Virus record (IMG/VR): IMGVR_UViG_3300005056_000006
DNA: 45,616 bases
DNA from: a virus
Reading direction: 5' to 3' (one strand)
Both the position numbers and the translations under genes were made by a program. Shown piece by piece: positions 42,663-45,616 of the stretch (position 1 is its first letter; the number at the start of each line of letters is the position of its first letter). The notes below the pieces were generated by a model. The model ran no database searches and was not told the DNA's origin. It saw only the letters and a program-made list of their open reading frames with translations.

Positions 42663-42698
42663 AATTATTATGTTAAATAGAATTATTATGTTAAATAG
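42663..42698. repeat. Perfect 18-bp tandem duplication AATTATTATGTTAAATAG x2
   Basis: 42663..42680 equals 42681..42698. Confidence 0.9.
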
Positions 42699-42711
42699 AA
42701 TTTCTATAAAT

Positions 42712-42742
42712 AAAAAAACCTACCAAATTAATGATAGGGTTT
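42712..42742 (-). terminator. Intrinsic terminator (module copy 1, weaker stem)
   Basis: Same 27-nt sequence as 43834..43860. The stem needs a bulge. T-run on the minus strand. Confidence 0.5.
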
Positions 42743-42844
42743 AAGTAAAAGAGCAATCTGTTAATTCAGCGTTTTAAACTCCCTAGTACTAAGGAAGTAC
42801 CAATTACTTTTCGTTCATCTTCAAGCAGGATATAAACATAATGA

Positions 42845-43360
42845 TTATTTAATTACCTTATTGACTCTATTATCAGAATCCCTAGTTAAAGCACTCTCTA
42901 CAGCAAGCCAACAGTCTTTCATTTCTTTAATTGACGTTCCGTATCTCATGGCGTAGTCAGTCATTGTTTCGCCTCTTTTTGGTGGTCTACTTGGTTTATT
43001 CATAAAGTCTGGGTAATCATATTTGGCTATACAATTCTTCTCATAAGCTAGTCTTGCATCAAACGCTCGATTATAATTATCAATACTCTCTTGAGTTGGT
43101 ATGTTAGCAACATTAATAAAATTAGGAGCTGCATATTCATTTACTATTATTGAACTAATCCTTTTACCTCTTTGCTCTACCCAAAACCTATTACTGATAA
43201 GTGTTTTTTGATTTACCAGTCTTATACCTCTCCATTTTAGCTTACCCTTTGTAATATCTCCCTTTATTATAGGAACTGCTAAGTTTCTCAAAACATATTC
43301 TAAGAACTCCTCTCTTTCAGAATCAAATGATTTAATAAGCTTTTCTATTGTTTTTTCCAT
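42845..43360 (-). CDS. Hypothetical protein (accessory island)
   Basis: 171-aa tracked ORF. Confidence 0.55.
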   Translation of the reverse strand: MEKTIEKLIKSFDSEREEFLEYVLRNLAVPIIKGDITKGKLKWRGIRLVNQKTLISNRFWVEQRGKRISSIIVNEYAAPNFINVANIPTQESIDNYNRAFDARLAYEKNCIAKYDYPDFMNKPSRPPKRGETMTDYAMRYGTSIKEMKDCWLAVESALTRDSDNRVNKVIK

Positions 43361-43371
43361 TTCTTTTAAAA

Positions 43372-43662
43372 TTAATTAAAGCACCATAGATGCTCATCGT
43401 TATTTATCTTGTTAGTATATTCAATTTTATACTTATAATTAACTTTTGGTTTTTTATCTATAAACCACCTTCCTAATGAGTCAAACCAACCATTTCCAGC
43501 AAATGAAACACAGTTAATTCTATGTTGTTTTTTAATCATTCTTATTTGCTTACCTCCGCTCTTAACTTCTTCTGAATATCTAATTGCAGCCTCTTGTATT
43601 TTAATCTCATTTTCTCTTAACAGACTCATATCAACTGATGGTAACATCATATTACATACCAT
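43372..43662 (-). CDS. Hypothetical protein (accessory island)
   Basis: 96-aa tracked ORF about 20 nt after the leader terminator. Confidence 0.5.
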   Translation of the reverse strand: MVCNMMLPSVDMSLLRENEIKIQEAAIRYSEEVKSGGKQIRMIKKQHRINCVSFAGNGWFDSLGRWFIDKKPKVNYKYKIEYTNKINNDEHLWCFN

Positions 43663-43682
43663 AATCTAAAACTTTTTATAAC

Positions 43683-43724
43683 AAAAAAAAGCCCCGTTCT
43701 TTTGAAACGAGGTTAGGGGGCTTT
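43683..43724 (-). terminator. Leader terminator: GCCCC...GGGGC hairpin plus U8
   Basis: GC clamp 43691..43695 / 43717..43721, inner GTTC-TTTT-GAAAC stem, A8 on the plus strand (43683..43690). Confidence 0.65.
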
Positions 43725-43805
43725 AAAAAGGTATTATCCTTTTATAAAATACTATATGTCTTTATTTGTTGTTATCTATAACCTCGTTTCAAAAAGTAGA
43801 TAACA
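43700..43805 (-). promoter_or_regulatory. Leader RNA element: 9-bp hairpin presenting a 16-nt loop sequence complementary to the terminator 5' arm
   Basis: 43770..43778 / 43797..43805 form the stem. 43779..43794 is the exact reverse complement of 43700..43715. Confidence 0.55.
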
Positions 43806-43808
43806 TTG

Positions 43809-43816
43809 CAAATGTA
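43809..43816 (-). promoter_or_regulatory. -7 box TACATTTG
   Basis: Motif match, between two terminators. Confidence 0.45.
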
Positions 43817-43832
43817 GTATTAATTATTGGAT

Positions 43833-43863
43833 AAAAAAAACCTACCAAATTAATGATAGGTTT
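43833..43863 (-). terminator. Intrinsic terminator (module copy 2)
   Basis: AACCTACCA / TGATAGGTT stem with one mismatch, loop AATTAA, then a T run (8) on the minus strand. Confidence 0.65.
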
Positions 43864-43966
43864 TAAATATAAGTGTGTAACATAATTATTGCACTACTAT
43901 TGATTGTTAGATTGTTTGTTGCACATTAGTTGTATATAGCCACGTGTTAGCAAACATTAAAACGTT

Positions 43967-44194
43967 TTACATCATTTGCTGTGCTGCATCTTCCATTCCT
44001 GCAAAGTATGCTATCTTTTTTTGCTCTTCCAACTCTTCTTTGCTAACACTACCTAAAGCAACATTAACTTCGTTTTTGTGGTTCTCGCAAAGGTGCGTTA
44101 TTCTGCTAATCAAATCAGCTTTATTAATTTTATAACCGCTTTTTCTAAAGCAATCATCTGCTAAACTTTCTATTGTCATTGTATCGTAGTTCAT
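43967..44194 (-). CDS. Hypothetical protein (accessory island)
   Basis: 75-aa tracked ORF. Its 5' flank is near-identical to that of 44248..44535. Confidence 0.5.
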   Translation of the reverse strand: MNYDTMTIESLADDCFRKSGYKINKADLISRITHLCENHKNEVNVALGSVSKEELEEQKKIAYFAGMEDAAQQMM

Positions 44195-44247
44195 AATCTT
44201 TGTAGTTTTTAATCGTTAACGTTCTTTAGCTTTGTCATTAGCGGTAA

Positions 44248-44535
44248 TTAAACATCATATTGTGGTGAGCAATAACATTTGCCATTTTTCTGCTCATCAT
44301 CAAGGCAGCAATCGCAATAGTTACTATTTAAGTCTTGCCGATCCTCCTTGGTTAGGGCTTTGTATTGTTCTGCTAAAGAACTACCGATAACATTATCTAT
44401 AGGTAATGCTTGCCCTTGCTTTATCTCGTTTAGGGAGTCATTAATTCTTTTCTTAATATCTACCGTACTATATCCAACAACATCTAAGTAAGAGTCTATG
44501 CTTTTTAATGTTGCAATTGTTATTTTGTAATCCAT
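44248..44535 (-). CDS. Hypothetical Cys-rich-tail protein (accessory island)
   Basis: 95-aa tracked ORF with C-terminal YCDCCLDDEQKNGKCYC. Confidence 0.5.
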   Translation of the reverse strand: MDYKITIATLKSIDSYLDVVGYSTVDIKKRINDSLNEIKQGQALPIDNVIGSSLAEQYKALTKEDRQDLNSNYCDCCLDDEQKNGKCYCSPQYDV

Positions 44536-44589
44536 AATCTTTTATAGTTTTTAAGTTCGGGCAATCACTACCCATAGTTTAGCTATTAA

Positions 44590-44630
44590 TTAAAAAACCC
44601 CTAAGCATCCGACAAGACTACTTAAGGGTT
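44590..44630 (-). terminator. Intrinsic terminator (also a leader terminator for promoter 44668)
   Basis: 10-bp stem with one mismatch (44596..44605 / 44621..44630), then a U-rich tail (UUUUUA) on the minus strand. Confidence 0.6.
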
Positions 44631-44667
44631 AGTATAATTTCTTTAGTTACTGTCGGTTAACTTATTG

Positions 44668-44697
44668 CAAATATACAATAATTATTAAAAAGGACAA
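44668..44697 (-). promoter_or_regulatory. Promoter TTG-N19-TATATTTG
   Basis: TTG at 44697..44695, 19-nt spacer, box at 44675..44668. Confidence 0.5.
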
Positions 44698-44939
44698 TCT
44701 TTTGAAATGGTTTTATCAACTTTAAAATTAATAATACCAGTCATTGACTCTAATTGACTCATTGATAACCTCTTTTGATTTAATAAATAACCATTATGAT
44801 TTCCCACCTTAATAATATTAAGCTCTTTTAATGGAAGAAATCTTTTACCTATCATTTGAGGTAATCTGAAAAGTATTTTATATTTCCATCCGTATAGATA
44901 GCCTTTAAAAGTTATTCCATATTCATAATTTATAATCAT
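44685..44939 (-). CDS. Hypothetical protein (accessory island)
   Basis: 84-aa tracked ORF. Confidence 0.45.
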   Translation of the reverse strand: MIINYEYGITFKGYLYGWKYKILFRLPQMIGKRFLPLKELNIIKVGNHNGYLLNQKRLSMSQLESMTGIINFKVDKTISKDCPF

Positions 44940-44986
44940 ATTTTACATATTTAGTGTTGTTTATCCGCTTGTTAGGGTGCATTAAG

Positions 44987-45091
44987 CTACACCTTAACAA
45001 TTTTTCTTTCTCCTTTGCAGTGGGCGTAACCTATATCAGATACTACTACCCAAAATCTACCTACTTTAATCTCGTACTGTGTTCTTTTCAT
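44987..45091 (-). CDS. 34-aa ORF bracketed by a 16-bp inverted repeat (uncertain)
   Basis: Hand-translated: MKRTQYEIKVGRFWVVVSDIGYAHCKGERKIVKV. Confidence 0.2.
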   Translation of the reverse strand: MKRTQYEIKVGRFWVVVSDIGYAHCKGERKIVKV

Positions 45092-45210
45092 AATTTATAC
45101 AATTAACGCACCCTAACACTGGCTAAAATTAATAGCCTAATTAGGTCTTGCTGTAATTTTATTGGTCAGTAATTAACGGCTACTAACCTTAACCTAAGCA
45201 TTAATTAAAA

Positions 45211-45218
45211 CAAATGTA
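45211..45218 (-). promoter_or_regulatory. -7 box TACATTTG
   Basis: Motif match downstream of terminator 45261..45294. Same 10-mer (CAAATGTACG on the plus strand) as at 6201. Confidence 0.35.
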
Positions 45219-45260
45219 CGCAATTAAATTGATTATATGTAAAAGTATGTAATTATTCAT

Positions 45261-45294
45261 ATAAAAAAAGCCCTACTAATTAAAGTAAGGCTTT
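45261..45294 (-). terminator. Intrinsic terminator after the scaffold-like gene
   Basis: 11-bp stem with one mismatch (45267..45277 / 45284..45294), loop AATTAA, T-run on the minus strand. Confidence 0.65.
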
Positions 45295-45319
45295 CCGACA
45301 TGAAAGAAAAATAGAAAGT

Positions 45320-45616
45320 CTATACTTTTAATGTTCCTGCGGACATCCTTTCCTCCATTTGTTTAAGAAACTCTGGACTGTTTGGATCAGTATTGTTGTC
45401 TGCCATTTCCTCTATAAACTTCTCTATAGATTGTGTAGCATCAGCACCTCTAGAGTCTCCTCCTCCTGCTCCTCCAGAAGCTCCTTTTGTGTATTGTGTG
45501 TTTTCAGCAAAGAAAGTACCTACAATCTCTTTTAAGGGTGTTAACTCTAAAGTAGTAGAATTCTTTAATGGGTTACCATCTGCTCCGATACCAAACACTT
45601 GACCATGCTCGTTAAC
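45320..45616 (-). CDS. 3' part of the wrap-around scaffold-like gene (45518..45616 duplicates 1..99)
   Basis: The tracked ORF 45320..45598 begins inside the duplicated sequence. The frame is continuous with 630..1. Confidence 0.6.
   Translation of the reverse strand, partial: VNEHGQVFGIGADGNPLKNSTTLELTPLKEIVGTFFAENTQYTKGASGGAGGGDSRGADATQSIEKFIEEMADNNTDPNSPEFLKQMEERMSAGTLKV
45518..45616. repeat. Terminal direct repeat, copy 2
   Basis: Base-by-base comparison, 99/99. Confidence 0.97.

Noticed and set aside
44685-44939. GIY-YIG or other homing-endonuclease identity for ORF 44685..44939 (YEYGITFKGYLYGW)
   Set aside because: The resemblance is superficial. The spacing and residues do not fit the GIY-(10-11)-YIG motif, and the protein is too short.
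1-45616. Lysogeny module (integrase, CI/Cro-like switch, attP)
   Set aside because: No ORF shows tyrosine or serine recombinase motifs or a divergent repressor pair. The small RHH and wHTH proteins are embedded in unidirectional operons. A virulent lifestyle is likely but unproven.

Overview
The window is one complete, circularly closed genome of an AT-rich tailed dsDNA phage. Bases 1..99 are identical to 45518..45616, so the unit length is 45,517 bp, and one gene reads across the junction. All ORFs I accept are on the minus strand except a two-ORF cassette at 23389..23690. In the direction of transcription (descending coordinates) the order is as follows. A Bacteroidota-type promoter, TTTG-N19-TATATTTG, sits at 22439..22409. 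It is followed by small early genes and a recombination/replication module: Rad52/Sak-like annealase, YopX, DnaA-domain-IV-like protein, wHTH protein, short C5 methyltransferase, an initiator-like gene with internal 21-bp-phased repeats, DnaB helicase, two HNH nucleases and RusA. Next come many small unknown ORFs, then terS, terL, a portal candidate and a scaffold-like gene that wraps the junction. A 2.7-kb accessory island full of promoters and terminators follows. After it come the major capsid protein, three large translationally coupled virion ORFs, the major tail protein, a chaperone pair, an 1110-aa tape measure and tail tip/fibre genes. The lysis cluster (membrane proteins plus M15 endolysin) comes next, then the plus-strand cassette, then a lipoprotein with a C-terminal TM helix, and finally a strong terminator at 22537..22501. 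The tail module looks siphovirus-like, since I recognise no sheath. TAnnTTTG -7 boxes, mostly SD-less start sites and lipoboxes suggest a Bacteroidota (Flavobacteriia-like) host. I recognise no integrase, repressor, tRNA, rRNA or CRISPR array. The most interesting material is regulatory RNA/DNA structure. This includes a promoter -> loop-presented antiterminator -> terminator unit, a conserved double-hairpin leader before the capsid and tail-tube genes, and a GC-rich pseudoknot-like leader. Also of interest are the moron-like island between the scaffold and capsid genes and a split lysis region with a u-spanin-like protein. All functional calls come from motif recognition by eye, because no database search was possible.
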